Assembly (NCBI GenBank): GCA_965216615.1
Contig: CBDCGH010000014.1
Location: forward strand, 24,369 to 88,368
Length of the DNA stretch: 64,000 nucleotides
Direction of reading: 5' to 3'
Origin: Vicinamibacterales bacterium
GTDB lineage: Bacteria; Acidobacteriota; Vicinamibacteria; Vicinamibacterales; UBA8438
Below are positions 1 to 10,297 of this stretch, in pieces. A model generated the notes under the pieces. That model was not told where the DNA came from, did not search any database, and worked only from the letters and a program-made list of their open reading frames with translations. The position numbers and the translations under genes were made by a program. The first letter of the stretch is position 1. Every line of letters starts with the position of its first letter.

Positions 1-371
1 TCCGCGTGATGCACGCCGGCGACATGTTCCCCGCGCAGATGGTGCCGATCATGGACGCGAACAACGGCGGGAGCGGTCTCAAATACGCGACGACGCTCTG
101 GAACGCGTACGCCGCCGTTCAAGACATCGACACCATCATCACCGGTCACGACGGCCTGATGACGAGGGAGGACCTCCGCCAGTACGCATCGTTCGTGGGC
201 GGCTTCGTGTCGGCGGCGCGCCAGGCGAAGCTGCGAGGCTGGTCCGCCGAGCAGTTCGCCACGACGTGGCAGGTTCCACCACGCTTCCGTGGCTACAACA
301 AGACGGACCCGTCTCGGGTCACCGCGTGGACGCAGGTGATCTTCGACGAGCTCGACAAAGAGGGCATGTAG
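1..371 (+). CDS. MBL-fold metallo-hydrolase, C-terminal fragment (gene begins upstream of window)
   Basis: The ORF is open to the window edge. Its residues DTIITGHDGLMTREDL and VIFDELDKE align by eye with the C-terminus (DTVIPGHGAIMTKSDV, ALFDELTT) of the complete MBL-fold protein at 45027-45935. Confidence 0.55.
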   Translation, partial: RVMHAGDMFPAQMVPIMDANNGGSGLKYATTLWNAYAAVQDIDTIITGHDGLMTREDLRQYASFVGGFVSAARQAKLRGWSAEQFATTWQVPPRFRGYNKTDPSRVTAWTQVIFDELDKEGM

Positions 372-434
372 TACGTCAGCGGATACAATGTGAAGAGCGA
401 CCCGGTGTCGCTGCGACCTGGGGGAGGGTCCATC

Positions 435-1250
435 ATGAGGATGTCAACTACAAGGCTGCTGACGATAGCCGTGTTTGCGTCGCTGCTAGCCACGCCGGCG
501 ATGGCCCAGCTCGCGGTACCGAACAACGCGGGTCTGACCTACGGGCACGTGCACCTGAACGTGTCCGATATCGAGCTCCACAAGCGCCTCTGGGTCGAGC
601 ACTTCGGCGGAGTCGTCGTCCAGAAGGGATCGCTGACTGCCGTGCGATTTCCCAATTTTCTAGTTGCGCTTTCCGAAAAGACACCCACGGGCGGCTCGCA
701 AGGATCGGTGATGAACCACTTCGGCTTCAAGGTCCGGAGTACGCCCGATTTTCTGGAAAAGTGGAAAGCCACGGGGCTGGAGGCGGGCGAAATCTTCATC
801 GGCGCTGAAGGACACCGGAACGCGTACGTCATGATGCCGGATGACGTGTGGGTCGAGCTCCAGGAAGATCAGGCCCTTCCGGTGGAGGTGTCGGGCTACC
901 ACATCCACTTCAACACCCCAGACTTCGAGGCCTTGCTAGAGTGGTACGTCGACGTGTTCTCGCTGGAGAAGCTGCCGCGAGGAAAAATCACCACCACGGC
1001 GAACGTGCCGGGCATGAACATGAGCTTCGGCAACGCCAATGACCCGACCGCCGCGACGAAGGGGCGGGCGATTGATCACATCGGCTTTGAGATCGACAAC
1101 CTCGAGGCCTTCTGCAAGATGCTCGAGGCCAAGGGCATTGAGTTCGACATCGGATATCGTGAAATCGACAGCCTCGAGCTCAAGATTGCGTTCCTCACCG
1201 ATCCCTCGGGTACCTATATCGAGCTGACAGAGGGCTACGACGGGTACTGA
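435..1250 (+). CDS. exported VOC (glyoxalase/bleomycin-resistance/dioxygenase) family protein with two VOC modules
   Basis: The ATG at 435 is preceded by GGGGGAGGG. There is a signal peptide (MRMSTTRLLTIAVFASLLATPAMAQ). Two VOC-like modules begin at YGHVHLNVSD and IDHIGFEIDN. Confidence 0.65.
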   Translation: MRMSTTRLLTIAVFASLLATPAMAQLAVPNNAGLTYGHVHLNVSDIELHKRLWVEHFGGVVVQKGSLTAVRFPNFLVALSEKTPTGGSQGSVMNHFGFKVRSTPDFLEKWKATGLEAGEIFIGAEGHRNAYVMMPDDVWVELQEDQALPVEVSGYHIHFNTPDFEALLEWYVDVFSLEKLPRGKITTTANVPGMNMSFGNANDPTAATKGRAIDHIGFEIDNLEAFCKMLEAKGIEFDIGYREIDSLELKIAFLTDPSGTYIELTEGYDGY

Positions 1251-1366
1251 CCGGTCTGGGGGAAGCCATTCCCGGACCTGACCTCGGGATGCGCCGGGCG
1301 GGCACAGTCTGAAGCGCCATCATCTCCGTCATGTGCGGCATCGGCATGGCTGGTGCGCTAGCCAAA

Positions 1367-3517
1367 ATGACGACGAGTTTCCGACCGGCCTTGGCCTTCG
1401 TCTGTGCGCTGGGAGTCGGGTGCGCCGACGGCGCAGGAAATATCGCTCCTCACGCTGACATGAAGCAAGACACCAATCCGCTCTTCACGGAGAGCCCGCT
1501 GCCGTTCGGATTTCCGCCTTTTGACCAGATCGACGAGACCGTCTTTCGTCCGGCGTTCGAGCGCGGGATGTTCGAGCATCTCGACGAGGTGCGCGCCATC
1601 GCGACGCGCGCCGAGGCTCCAACCTTCGAGAATACGCTCGTCGCGCTGGAACGAGCTGGACGCTTGCTCGAGCGCGTCCAGGTGGTCTTCTTCAACTTGG
1701 TGTCCGCCAACACCAGCGAGGCGCTGGACGAGATCCGTAGCGAGATGGCGCCTCGGCTCTCGGCGCACTTCGACGCGATTCTCCTGGACGACCAGCTGTT
1801 TGCCAGGGTGCAGGCGCTGTACGACAACCGGGCCACGCTGGAGCTCGACGACGAGTCACGCCGGTTGATCGAGGAGTACTACACTGACTTCGTCCGTGCT
1901 GGTGCGCTGCTTTCTGAGACGGACAAGGAGCGCATGCAGGCGATCAATGCCGAGCTGGCGGCGCTGGAGACGGCGTTCAGTCAGAACGTCCTTGGGGAGG
2001 TCAACGCCTCGGCGATCATCGTGGCGTCGCGGGACGAGCTCGCGGGGCTACCCGACGACCAGATCGCGGCTGCCGCGGAAGAGGCGAACGCGCGCGAGCT
2101 CGAGGGCCAGTACGTGCTGGCCCTGCGCAACACGAGCGGACAGCCGGCGCTGTCATCCCTCGATGACCGCGCGTTGCGGCAGCGCATCATGGAGGCGTCG
2201 CTCGTGCGTGGAGGTCAGGGCGGAGAGTTCGACAACCGTCGGACGGTGACCCAGATCGCGCGGCTCAGAGCCGAGCGAGCGGTGCTGTTGGGCTATCCCA
2301 CTCACGCGGCCTACGTACTCGAGCGCGAGACCGCGCAGGCCGTCGAGGCGGTAAACGAGCGCCTGGCAGGGTTGACGCCGCCGGCAGTGGCCAACGCGAC
2401 GCGGGAGCAGGCCGACCTTCAGAAGGTCGTTGACGCAGACGGTGGGCGTTTCGAATTGGCGGCGTGGGACTGGGCGTACTACACGGAAAGGGCTCGCGCC
2501 GAGCGGTTCGCGTTCGATGCATCCGAGCTCCGTCCGTATCTCGAGCTGGAGAATGTCCTGCAGCACGGCGTCTTCTTCGCGGCCACCCGCCTCTATGGTC
2601 TGACATTCAGCGAGCGAACCGACCTGCCCCTCTATCATTCAGACGTACGCGTGTTCGATGTGATCGACGCCGACGGCGAGCCCCTTGGTCTGTTCATCGG
2701 CGATTTCTATGCGAGGCCCTCGAAGCGAGGGGGCGCGTGGATGAACCAGTATGTGTCGCAGTCAACCCTGCTCGACCGGCAGCCGGTCGTGGCGAACCTC
2801 GTGAACATCCAAAAACCGCCGGCGGGTGAGCCGACACTGCTGACGTTCGACGAGGTGGAGACGCTGTTCCATGAGTTCGGGCATGCGCTCCACGGCTTGT
2901 TCTCCGCAGTGCGCTACCCGTACTTCTCGGGGACGCAGGTGCCTCGCGACTTCGTGGAGTACCCCTCGCAGGTCAACGAGATGTGGGCGACATGGCCGGG
3001 GGTCTTGACGAACTACGCTGTCCACTACGAGACGGGCGAGCCCATGTCGGCCGAGCTACTGGAGAAGGTTCGGGCCAGCGAGACCTTCAATCAGGGGTTC
3101 GCGACCACGGAGTACCTGGCCGCCACACTGCTCGACCAGGCGTGGCATCAGATCGCGCCGGCCGAGGTGCCGAAGGCCGAAGGGCTGGCCGCATTCGAGG
3201 CGGACGCGCTGGCGCAGGCTGGGGTCGCGCTTTCAGCAGTGCCGCCCCGTTATCGGAGCACGTATTTCTCCCACATCTTCAGTAGCGGGTACGCTGCGGG
3301 GTACTATTCGTACATCTGGAGCGAGGTGCTCGACGCCGACACCGTGGAATGGTTCAAGGAAAACGGCGGGCTCCGGCGCGAGAACGGCGACCACTTCCGG
3401 CGCACCCTGCTCTCGAAGGGCGGTAGCCGCGATGCGATGACGCTGTTTCGAGACTTTCGCGGGCGCGAGCCCGACATCGCTCCGCTGCTCGTTCGACGGG
3501 GCCTGACATCAAAATAG
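1367..3517 (+). CDS. dcp: M3-family peptidyl-dipeptidase (Dcp-like) with a lipoprotein-type signal
   Basis: Contains the HEFGHALHG zinc motif. The N-terminus NPLFTESPLPFGFPPFDQI resembles E. coli Dcp. The M at 1367 gives the signal plus lipobox MTTSFRPALAFVCALGVGC. The track ORF starts at 1331. Confidence 0.85.
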   Translation: MTTSFRPALAFVCALGVGCADGAGNIAPHADMKQDTNPLFTESPLPFGFPPFDQIDETVFRPAFERGMFEHLDEVRAIATRAEAPTFENTLVALERAGRLLERVQVVFFNLVSANTSEALDEIRSEMAPRLSAHFDAILLDDQLFARVQALYDNRATLELDDESRRLIEEYYTDFVRAGALLSETDKERMQAINAELAALETAFSQNVLGEVNASAIIVASRDELAGLPDDQIAAAAEEANARELEGQYVLALRNTSGQPALSSLDDRALRQRIMEASLVRGGQGGEFDNRRTVTQIARLRAERAVLLGYPTHAAYVLERETAQAVEAVNERLAGLTPPAVANATREQADLQKVVDADGGRFELAAWDWAYYTERARAERFAFDASELRPYLELENVLQHGVFFAATRLYGLTFSERTDLPLYHSDVRVFDVIDADGEPLGLFIGDFYARPSKRGGAWMNQYVSQSTLLDRQPVVANLVNIQKPPAGEPTLLTFDEVETLFHEFGHALHGLFSAVRYPYFSGTQVPRDFVEYPSQVNEMWATWPGVLTNYAVHYETGEPMSAELLEKVRASETFNQGFATTEYLAATLLDQAWHQIAPAEVPKAEGLAAFEADALAQAGVALSAVPPRYRSTYFSHIFSSGYAAGYYSYIWSEVLDADTVEWFKENGGLRRENGDHFRRTLLSKGGSRDAMTLFRDFRGREPDIAPLLVRRGLTSK

Positions 3518-3561
3518 CCGGGCCGACGCGACCGTCAGGCCCGCGTAGCAAGGAATACACA

Positions 3562-4389
3562 ATGAACGGTGAAAGCAATCTCGCCCTCTTTTGCGACTTC
3601 GAGAACATCGCGCTGGGCGTCCGCGACGCCAACTATGCGAAGCTTGATATCAAGCGCGTGCTCGAGCAGCTCTTGCTCAAGGGGAGCATTGTCGCGAAGA
3701 AGGCCTACTGCGACTGGGATCGTTACAAAAGCTTCAAGCCGACGATGCACGAGGCGGCGTTCGAGCTCATCGAGGTGCCGCACGTGAGGCAGTCGGGCAA
3801 GAACTCGGCTGACATCAGGATGGTCGTTGACGCACTCGACCTCTGCTACACGAAGGAGCACATCGACACGTTCGTGATCATTTCGGGCGACTCGGACTTT
3901 TCGCCGCTTGTCAGCAAGCTGCGCGAGAACGCCAAGTCAGTCGTCGGCGTGGGCGTGAAGAACTCAACGTCGGATCTACTCATCAGCAACTGTGACGAGT
4001 TCATCTTCTATGACGATTTGGTCCGCCGCGCGTCCGCGCGTCGCCCCCGGCGGGGCAAGGCCAAGACGACGAAAGAGGCAGCGGGCGGCAAGGCCAAGGC
4101 GGGGTCCTCATCCTCATCTGCACCGTCCGAGGATGACCCGGCGCAGGAGGCGGTGGACCTGGTGGTGGAGACGGCTGAAGCCCTCTACGGCGAACGCGGC
4201 GAGCGCGCCAAGCTCTGGGGATCGATGATCAAGCAAACCCTAAAGCGGCGGCGACCTGGATTCACGGAGTCATATCACGGCTTCAGCTCGTTCAACGACC
4301 TCCTTGAAGAGGCCCAGTCGCGCGGTCGGCTGACGCTCGAGTCAGACGAACGGTCGGGCGGATTCGTCGTGCGTCTGGCCGGCCGGTAG
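3562..4389 (+). CDS. NYN (LabA-like PIN-fold) domain protein with a C-terminal OST-HTH/LOTUS-like domain
   Basis: The N-terminus has LFCDFENI...[14 protein letters not shown]...[12 protein letters not shown], typical of NYN/LabA. This is followed by a low-complexity linker and a C-terminal ~70-aa module ([30 protein letters not shown]). Confidence 0.6.
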   Translation: MNGESNLALFCDFENIALGVRDANYAKLDIKRVLEQLLLKGSIVAKKAYCDWDRYKSFKPTMHEAAFELIEVPHVRQSGKNSADIRMVVDALDLCYTKEHIDTFVIISGDSDFSPLVSKLRENAKSVVGVGVKNSTSDLLISNCDEFIFYDDLVRRASARRPRRGKAKTTKEAAGGKAKAGSSSSSAPSEDDPAQEAVDLVVETAEALYGERGERAKLWGSMIKQTLKRRRPGFTESYHGFSSFNDLLEEAQSRGRLTLESDERSGGFVVRLAGR

Positions 4390-4391
4390 CG

Positions 4392-6221
4392 ATGACCGAG
4401 CATGCCCTCCCGACGTCGCCGCACCGGCGGCGGAACGTCGCCATCATTGCGCACGTGGACCACGGGAAAACGACGCTGGTCGACGCGATGCTGCATCAGA
4501 GCGGCGTCTTTCGCGCGAACGAGCAGGTTGCCGAGCGAGCGATGGACAACATCGACCTCGAGCGGGAGCGCGGCATCACGATCATGGCCAAGAACACGGC
4601 GGTCCGTTACGACGATACGGTCATCAACATCGTCGACACGCCCGGCCACGCCGACTTCGGTGGGGAGGTCGAGCGGACCCTGACGATGGTCGACGGCGTC
4701 ATCTTGCTCGTCGACGCATCGGAAGGTCCGCTTCCGCAGACGCGGTTCGTGCTGCGCAAGGCGTTAGAGCGCCGCCTGCCGCCGATTGTCGTCATCAATA
4801 AGATCGATCGGCGCGACGCGCGGCCCGCTGAGGTGCTCAACGAGCTCTACGACCTCTTTATCGATCTCGATGCCAGCGACAAGCAGATTGATTTTCCGGT
4901 CTTGTATGCCAATGCGAAGGCAGGTACGGTGACGCTCGATTCCGCCGAGGCGGGCGAGACGCTCCGCCCGCTGTTCGACAGCATCCTGGCCCACGTCCCG
5001 TCCCCGAGTGGAGATCCGGCGGCGCCGCTCCAATTGCTCGTGTCGAACCTCGATGCGAGTGATTACCTTGGCCGCATCGCCATCGGTCGGATCTTCAATG
5101 GCACGGTTCGCATTGGAGACGAGGTAGCCGTGTCGAAGCTCGATGGGGCCGTGCAATCGACCCGTGTGACCAAGCTGTATGTCTTCGATGGGCTCGATCG
5201 GGTGGACATCGACGAGGCCTCTGCCGGCGACATCGTGTGCCTGGCGGGGATCGCCGATATCTCGATTGGCGAGACGATCACCGACCCGGAGGAACGCGTG
5301 GCGATCCAGCCCGTCAACATCGACGAGCCAACGGTGTCGATGGTGTTCGGCGTGAACACGTCGCCGATGGCCGGGCTGGATGGTGCCTATGTGACGTCGC
5401 GCAAGCTACGCGAGCGTCTCGAGCGCGAGTTAGTCGGCAACGTCTCGATTCGGGTGGAACCCACCGAAACGGCGGAGCGGTTCAGGGTCGTCGGGCGCGG
5501 CGAGCTGCAGTTGTCGATTCTGATCGAGATGATGCGCCGAGAAGGGTACGAGCTCCAGGTCTCGCGCCCCGAAATCGTGACTCGGGATGCCGACGGGCAA
5601 ACCGAAGAGCCAGTAGAACAGCTCGTGATCGACGTTGCGGAGGAATATCAGGGTGTCGTGATCGCCCAGTTGGGGACCCGCCGCGCCACCATGACCAAGA
5701 TGGTCAATCACGGAAGCGGGCGTGTGCGTCTCGAGTTTCAGATTCCCACGCGCGGCCTGATTGGTTTCAGGTCGCAGTTCCTGACCGATACTCGAGGCAC
5801 CGGTATCATGAATCACCTGTTCTTCGGCTGGGAGATGTGGCACGGTCCGATTGCCGGCCGGCCCACTGGGGCGCTGGTGGCCGACCGCCGAGGACCGAGC
5901 ACGGCCTTCGCGATGAACAACCTCCAGGAGCGGGGCGAGTTGTTCATCGAGCCTGGAACCCAGGTTTACGAGGGGATGGTCATCGGCGAGAACGCCAGAC
6001 CGTCCGATATGGACGTCAACGTGACGAAAGAAAAGAAGCTGAACAACATGCGTTCCTCGACGGCCGAGGAAGCCATCCGACTCGTGCCGCCGCGGCGCCT
6101 CAACCTCGAGCAAGCGATCGAGTTCATCAACGTGGATGAGCTGGTCGAGGTGACGCCGAAGACGATTCGGTTACGGAAGCGAGTGCTGGCCGCTAGTCAG
6201 CGGCGGAGCGTGAAGGACTAG
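4392..6221 (+). CDS. typA: translational GTPase TypA/BipA
   Basis: Has G1 [17 protein letters not shown] and NKID motifs. Length is 609 aa with a full-length EF-G-like architecture. It starts 2 nt after the upstream stop. Confidence 0.95.
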   Translation: MTEHALPTSPHRRRNVAIIAHVDHGKTTLVDAMLHQSGVFRANEQVAERAMDNIDLERERGITIMAKNTAVRYDDTVINIVDTPGHADFGGEVERTLTMVDGVILLVDASEGPLPQTRFVLRKALERRLPPIVVINKIDRRDARPAEVLNELYDLFIDLDASDKQIDFPVLYANAKAGTVTLDSAEAGETLRPLFDSILAHVPSPSGDPAAPLQLLVSNLDASDYLGRIAIGRIFNGTVRIGDEVAVSKLDGAVQSTRVTKLYVFDGLDRVDIDEASAGDIVCLAGIADISIGETITDPEERVAIQPVNIDEPTVSMVFGVNTSPMAGLDGAYVTSRKLRERLERELVGNVSIRVEPTETAERFRVVGRGELQLSILIEMMRREGYELQVSRPEIVTRDADGQTEEPVEQLVIDVAEEYQGVVIAQLGTRRATMTKMVNHGSGRVRLEFQIPTRGLIGFRSQFLTDTRGTGIMNHLFFGWEMWHGPIAGRPTGALVADRRGPSTAFAMNNLQERGELFIEPGTQVYEGMVIGENARPSDMDVNVTKEKKLNNMRSSTAEEAIRLVPPRRLNLEQAIEFINVDELVEVTPKTIRLRKRVLAASQRRSVKD

Positions 6222-6230
6222 CCGTCCCAG

Positions 6231-6557
6231 TCACTTGCGCGGGGCGAACGGGATCACACGGCTCGCCACGGATTCAGGCGGACGGGAATCGCCCTTGCGG
6301 CGGCGAGGGGAAGGCGCGTTCGGGATGAGCTTGTAGAGCGAGGCGCCATTTCGCAGCCCGAAGGTCGTGGCGATTCGGTCAAGGGCTCGCCATTGGGTTG
6401 GGGTGACGTCCTCGACCTGTGGACCACCGCGTTCGAGCGCCGAGATCACGGCGCGATTGATTCCGGCGGTCTTGGCGAGCGCTGTGGTCGTCAGCTCGTG
6501 CTCGTCGCGCAGCTTCCGAATGACGTCGCCCACGTGCCAGGGTTTCAGAACCATCAA
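6231..6557 (-). CDS. XRE-family helix-turn-helix regulator
   Basis: An HTH-like segment LTTTALAKTAGINRAVISALERG lies in a 108-aa protein. Confidence 0.55.
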   Translation of the reverse strand: MMVLKPWHVGDVIRKLRDEHELTTTALAKTAGINRAVISALERGGPQVEDVTPTQWRALDRIATTFGLRNGASLYKLIPNAPSPRRRKGDSRPPESVASRVIPFAPRK

Positions 6558-6668
6558 GCGTGTTTTCCGATGCAGTCCACTTCGTTAGGCGAGAGGCGCC
6601 ACGTGACGTAGACCAGTGGGCGACTGGCAGGTGGTCACTGTCTCTCGAGCGATTTATCGGGCCCGGTT

Positions 6669-6699
6669 TTGCGAGACTGCATCACGGCAGCGCTATAAT
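6669..6699 (+). promoter_or_regulatory. candidate sigma70-type promoter (TTGCGA-N19-TATAAT) giving a near-leaderless transcript for the 6709 gene
   Basis: A perfect TATAAT sits at 6694-6699, only 9 nt before the ATG at 6709. The -35-like TTGCGA is at 6669-6674, and the 19-nt spacing is long. Confidence 0.25.
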
Positions 6700-6708
6700 T
6701 TGCACGAT

Positions 6709-7953
6709 ATGACTTCAAAAATGGTGAAGAGTGTGTGCGGCGTTGCCGCCATGGTCCTCATGCTCGCGCCATCGTTGTCGCTCGGCCAGGATTGGCCGCA
6801 GTGGCGAGGCGTGAATCGAGACGGAGAGGCGAGCAGTTTTGAGAGTCCGTCGACATGGCCAGACGCTCTTGACAAGCAGTGGACCGTCGATGTGGGGCTT
6901 GGGTACGCGTCGCCACTCATTGTGGGCAATCGTGTGTACGCCTTCGCGCGTCAAGGCGACGACGAGGTGCTGATGGCCCTGCAGGCAGGGACCGGCGAGG
7001 AAATCTGGCGCACGGCATACCCGGCTCCTTTCACGATGAACCCTGCCACGGCTCCGCACCGCGAAGGCCCCAAGGCGACGCCCACCTACGCCGACGGGCG
7101 AATCTTCACGTTGGGGATCAGCGGCATTGTGACGGCGTTTGATGCGGAGGGCGGTCGACAGCTCTGGCAGTACCCGGCGTGGCCGGTGGAGCCGCTGTAC
7201 CATACGTCGATGTCACCCGTGGTCGATGGCGACATCATGATTCTGCACGTTGGGGGGCACGATGACGGGGCACTGACGGCCTTCGAGGTTGGGTCAGGCG
7301 ACATCCGATGGACCTGGGCGGGCGATGGGCCCGCGTACGGGTCGCCCATGATTGTCGAGTTCGAAGGTGAGCGGCAGGTAGTGACATTCACCCAGGAGAA
7401 TCTGGTGAGCGTGTCGGTCGCGACCGGTGAGCTGCTATGGCGTCGTCCCTTTACCACGCGATCCGTCACTACCTCTCAGACGCCCAACATCTTCGGCGAT
7501 TTGGTAATTCAGACGGGCCGGGGGAATGGGATCACGGCCTTCCGGGTTCTCCGCGAAGGGAATGCGTGGACGACCGAGGACGTGTGGCACACCGATGACG
7601 TGTCGCTGCACATGGCCAACGCGGTGGTGTCCGATGGCGTCATGTATGGCTTGTCGCATCTGAACAGTGGACAGTATTTTGGGCTGGATCTCACCACCGG
7701 GGCGGTGCTCTGGACAAGCGCGCCGAGGCAGGCCGCTCACGCCTCGCTGGTGCGCACCGGCGGTGCGATCCTCTCGCTCGAAGACGACGGGGAATTGGTC
7801 GTGCTCGAGCGCAGTCGAACGGCGTTTACCCCACTCAGACGGTACGACGTCGGCGGCAGCGACGACGTGGAAACGTGGACCCTGCCGACCGTCTCGGGCA
7901 ACCGACTGTTCGTGAAGGATGTGCGCACGCTTGCGCTCTGGACGGTGGACTGA
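6709..7953 (+). CDS. exported PQQ-like (BamB-type) beta-propeller repeat protein
   Basis: Signal peptide MTSKMVKSVCGVAAMVLMLAPSLSLGQ followed by DWPQWRG. Repeated ...G..lW motifs are typical of PQQ-like propellers. Confidence 0.65.
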   Translation: MTSKMVKSVCGVAAMVLMLAPSLSLGQDWPQWRGVNRDGEASSFESPSTWPDALDKQWTVDVGLGYASPLIVGNRVYAFARQGDDEVLMALQAGTGEEIWRTAYPAPFTMNPATAPHREGPKATPTYADGRIFTLGISGIVTAFDAEGGRQLWQYPAWPVEPLYHTSMSPVVDGDIMILHVGGHDDGALTAFEVGSGDIRWTWAGDGPAYGSPMIVEFEGERQVVTFTQENLVSVSVATGELLWRRPFTTRSVTTSQTPNIFGDLVIQTGRGNGITAFRVLREGNAWTTEDVWHTDDVSLHMANAVVSDGVMYGLSHLNSGQYFGLDLTTGAVLWTSAPRQAAHASLVRTGGAILSLEDDGELVVLERSRTAFTPLRRYDVGGSDDVETWTLPTVSGNRLFVKDVRTLALWTVD

Positions 7954-8030
7954 CGTCCGCGCCCCGCGTGCGCTAGGAGTACTGCTGGTAGATCTGGCGA
8001 GGCTTACCTACGACAGCCACCGTCGTCTGC

Positions 8031-8261
8031 CTAGGGATTTCCAGCCTGGTCACGCCCGGTCTGTTGGCCGATGTGCAGCAGCTGGTATCCGTGGGCTTCG
8101 ATGTAGTGACTCACCTGCGCGCCCACATCCTCGGGGTCGGAGAACAGAAACTCCGGTGAGTGCTCGGCACTGCACTCTTCGCACGACTTCCCAATGGCGC
8201 TCGACAGTTGAACGGTCTTCTGAATCTCGGTAAGGCCGGGGAGCTCGTCGGTCTTGGGCAT
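8031..8261 (-). CDS. hypothetical small protein
   Basis: This is the only ORF in the gap. It has no recognisable motif and no clear ribosome-binding (SD) site. Confidence 0.2.
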   Translation of the reverse strand: MPKTDELPGLTEIQKTVQLSSAIGKSCEECSAEHSPEFLFSDPEDVGAQVSHYIEAHGYQLLHIGQQTGRDQAGNP

Positions 8262-8402
8262 ACTCAAATGCGATATCGAGGGTTTGCCGATCTAGTCATG
8301 CAATCGGCAACGCGGGGGGACGACTTGACTGCTTTTACAACTTTTCTCCGTCTTGGGTACTCGGCTGGCGTGATGTAGTCTCTGGTGGACTGCGGAGGAG
8401 CG

Positions 8403-8907
8403 ATGCAACGCGGGATTCTGATAGTGACGATAGGTGTCGTGGTAGGCCTGGGTGCGGGCATCCTCACTGGCGGATGTGCTGCCGAACCGGAAGGTCCGCC
8501 GTTTGACTCGACTGCGACCGTCAGCGAGCTAATGGCGATGATGGTCGATCCGGCGGCCGATCTCGTGTGGGACGCGGTTGGCACCGTGATCACGGAAGAC
8601 GGAGCGGACCACTGGGAACCGGAGACCGACGCCGATTGGCTATCTGTCCAATACGGCGCGATGACCATCACCAGAGGCGGGCAACCTGCTCATGATGGAG
8701 CACCGAGCTCGAGACGAGGAAACCTGGATGCGCATGGCCCAAGGTCTTGTTGACGCGGGCCGCGTGGCCCTGGAGGCGGCCCAGGCACGGGACGCCGAAG
8801 CGGTGTTCGATGTCGGCGAAGTCGTGTACAACGCCTGTGACCGGTGTCACAACCTGTACTGGGTGGGCGATGCCGACCGCGGTCGCGCTGGAGTGGAAAG
8901 ACCGTAA
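8403..8907 (+). pseudogene. class II (cytochrome c'-like) c-type cytochrome lipoprotein, interrupted by a 1-nt frameshift near 8673
   Basis: Two ORFs (8385-8753 and 8692-8907) join into one protein if one base around 8670-8676 is ignored, giving ...AMTIT|EAGNLLMMEH... The total length of 505 nt equals 3n+1. There is a lipobox LTGGC and a C-terminal CDRCH. It is a paralog of the intact gene at 27425-27952 (AIALAEGANLI, CENCH). Confidence 0.6.
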
Positions 8908-8920
8908 CCTGTGCCGACCC

Positions 8921-10297
8921 TCAGCTCTTTGGTAGCGTGACGCGAAACACGCTGCCGCCCCCGTCCGCGTTCTCGTAGGTCAAGTCGCCGTAGTGTGCCT
9001 CGACCGCCCACTTCGCGAGCGCCAAACCCAGACCGGCGCCAGTGCTGGCCGCAGACTGGTCGGACGCGCCGCGCCAGAAGCGATCGAAAATCCGATGCTG
9101 CACGGCCTCGGGTATTCCCGGTCCGGTATCGCGCACCTCGACGACAACGTGCTCGGCATCCTCCGACACGTGCATCTGGATGCGCCCCCCCCTGGGCGTG
9201 TACTTGATGGCGTTATCGACGAGGTTGATGAGGGCCTGCCTCACCACGAGACGATCACCAACGCACCGGCAGGTCTCGACGCCATCGACGGTCAAGGACT
9301 GTTCTTTCTCCTCGGCCAGGACCGAGAGATGGACCGCCACCCCGCGGCTCAGCTCGACGAGGTCGATGGTCTGGGCTGAGAGCTTGATCTGCCCGGTGTC
9401 ACCCTTTGATAGGAGCAGCAGCCGCTCGACAAGGCCGCGGAGCTTGTCCGCATCTTCGAGCATGTTGCCGATGACGGCGCGGTAGGCGTCTTCGTCACGC
9501 GCTTCGCGCAAGCCGACTTCGCCGACGCTGCGGATCGCGGTCAGGGGGGTGCGAAGCTCGTGGGAGACATGGGCCGTGAAGCGTCGCATCTGCTCGAACG
9601 ACGATTCGAGTCGCGCGAGGGTCGTGTTGAACACTGACGCCAGTCTCCCCAACTCGTCTTTTGGGTTCTCCACCGGCAGGCGTTCACCCAGCCGCTCGGC
9701 GGTGATTGACCGGGCCCGCTCGGCCATGCGGTTGATTGGGTCGAGGGCATCGCGCGCAAGCCAGTACCCGCCGAGCCCGGCGACGGCCACGCTCAGCGGG
9801 AGACCGAGCACCAGGACCAAGAACAGCTCGCGAAGCTCCTGTTGCATGGCCGCTTCAGACCACCCAACCTGGATGACCAGCGGCCGATCGGAGATGGTCA
9901 CCTCGTCCGTGAGGATGCGGAACGGCTGGGTGGGGGTCGACACCGAGACGATCCGTCCGTCGGGACGTCGGGCCAGCCCTTCGCTGGCGGGGACGGGCAA
10001 CCGCGTGGCAAGGGTGGTGCGGAAGACCGACTCGCCCTCCTGACTCCAGACCTGCAGCCAAGGGCTGTCGAAGTTCTCATCCCCATCCCACCAGACAAGG
10101 GAGCCATCTGCTTGTTGCTGGGCCATCGACGTGGCCCAGCTGAAATCGCCGCGCAAGCGCGCGTCGAGCGCGTTGGAGACGTTGAACCGCACGAGTGTGT
10201 AGACGGCGGCCGCGTAGAGGACCAGCACGAGCAGCGTCGTCGCTACGTGCAGCAGGGTGAGCCGCGCGCGAACTGTACGAAGCTTGGTCCACCGCAT
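8921..10297 (-). CDS. sensor histidine kinase (TM-periplasmic-TM-HAMP-HisKA-HATPase; CusS/CopS-like architecture)
   Basis: H-box HELRTPLTAI. N/G boxes LVDNAIKYT, DTGPGI and GLGLALAK. Its start overlaps the response-regulator stop (TGATG). Confidence 0.85.
   Translation of the reverse strand: MRWTKLRTVRARLTLLHVATTLLVLVLYAAAVYTLVRFNVSNALDARLRGDFSWATSMAQQQADGSLVWWDGDENFDSPWLQVWSQEGESVFRTTLATRLPVPASEGLARRPDGRIVSVSTPTQPFRILTDEVTISDRPLVIQVGWSEAAMQQELRELFLVLVLGLPLSVAVAGLGGYWLARDALDPINRMAERARSITAERLGERLPVENPKDELGRLASVFNTTLARLESSFEQMRRFTAHVSHELRTPLTAIRSVGEVGLREARDEDAYRAVIGNMLEDADKLRGLVERLLLLSKGDTGQIKLSAQTIDLVELSRGVAVHLSVLAEEKEQSLTVDGVETCRCVGDRLVVRQALINLVDNAIKYTPRGGRIQMHVSEDAEHVVVEVRDTGPGIPEAVQHRIFDRFWRGASDQSAASTGAGLGLALAKWAVEAHYGDLTYENADGGGSVFRVTLPKS

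Noticed and set aside
266-1250. Alternative-frame ORFs overlapping the first genes (266-808, 539-832, 660-908, etc.)
   Set aside because: They are out of frame with motif-bearing genes, have biased composition and have no start context.
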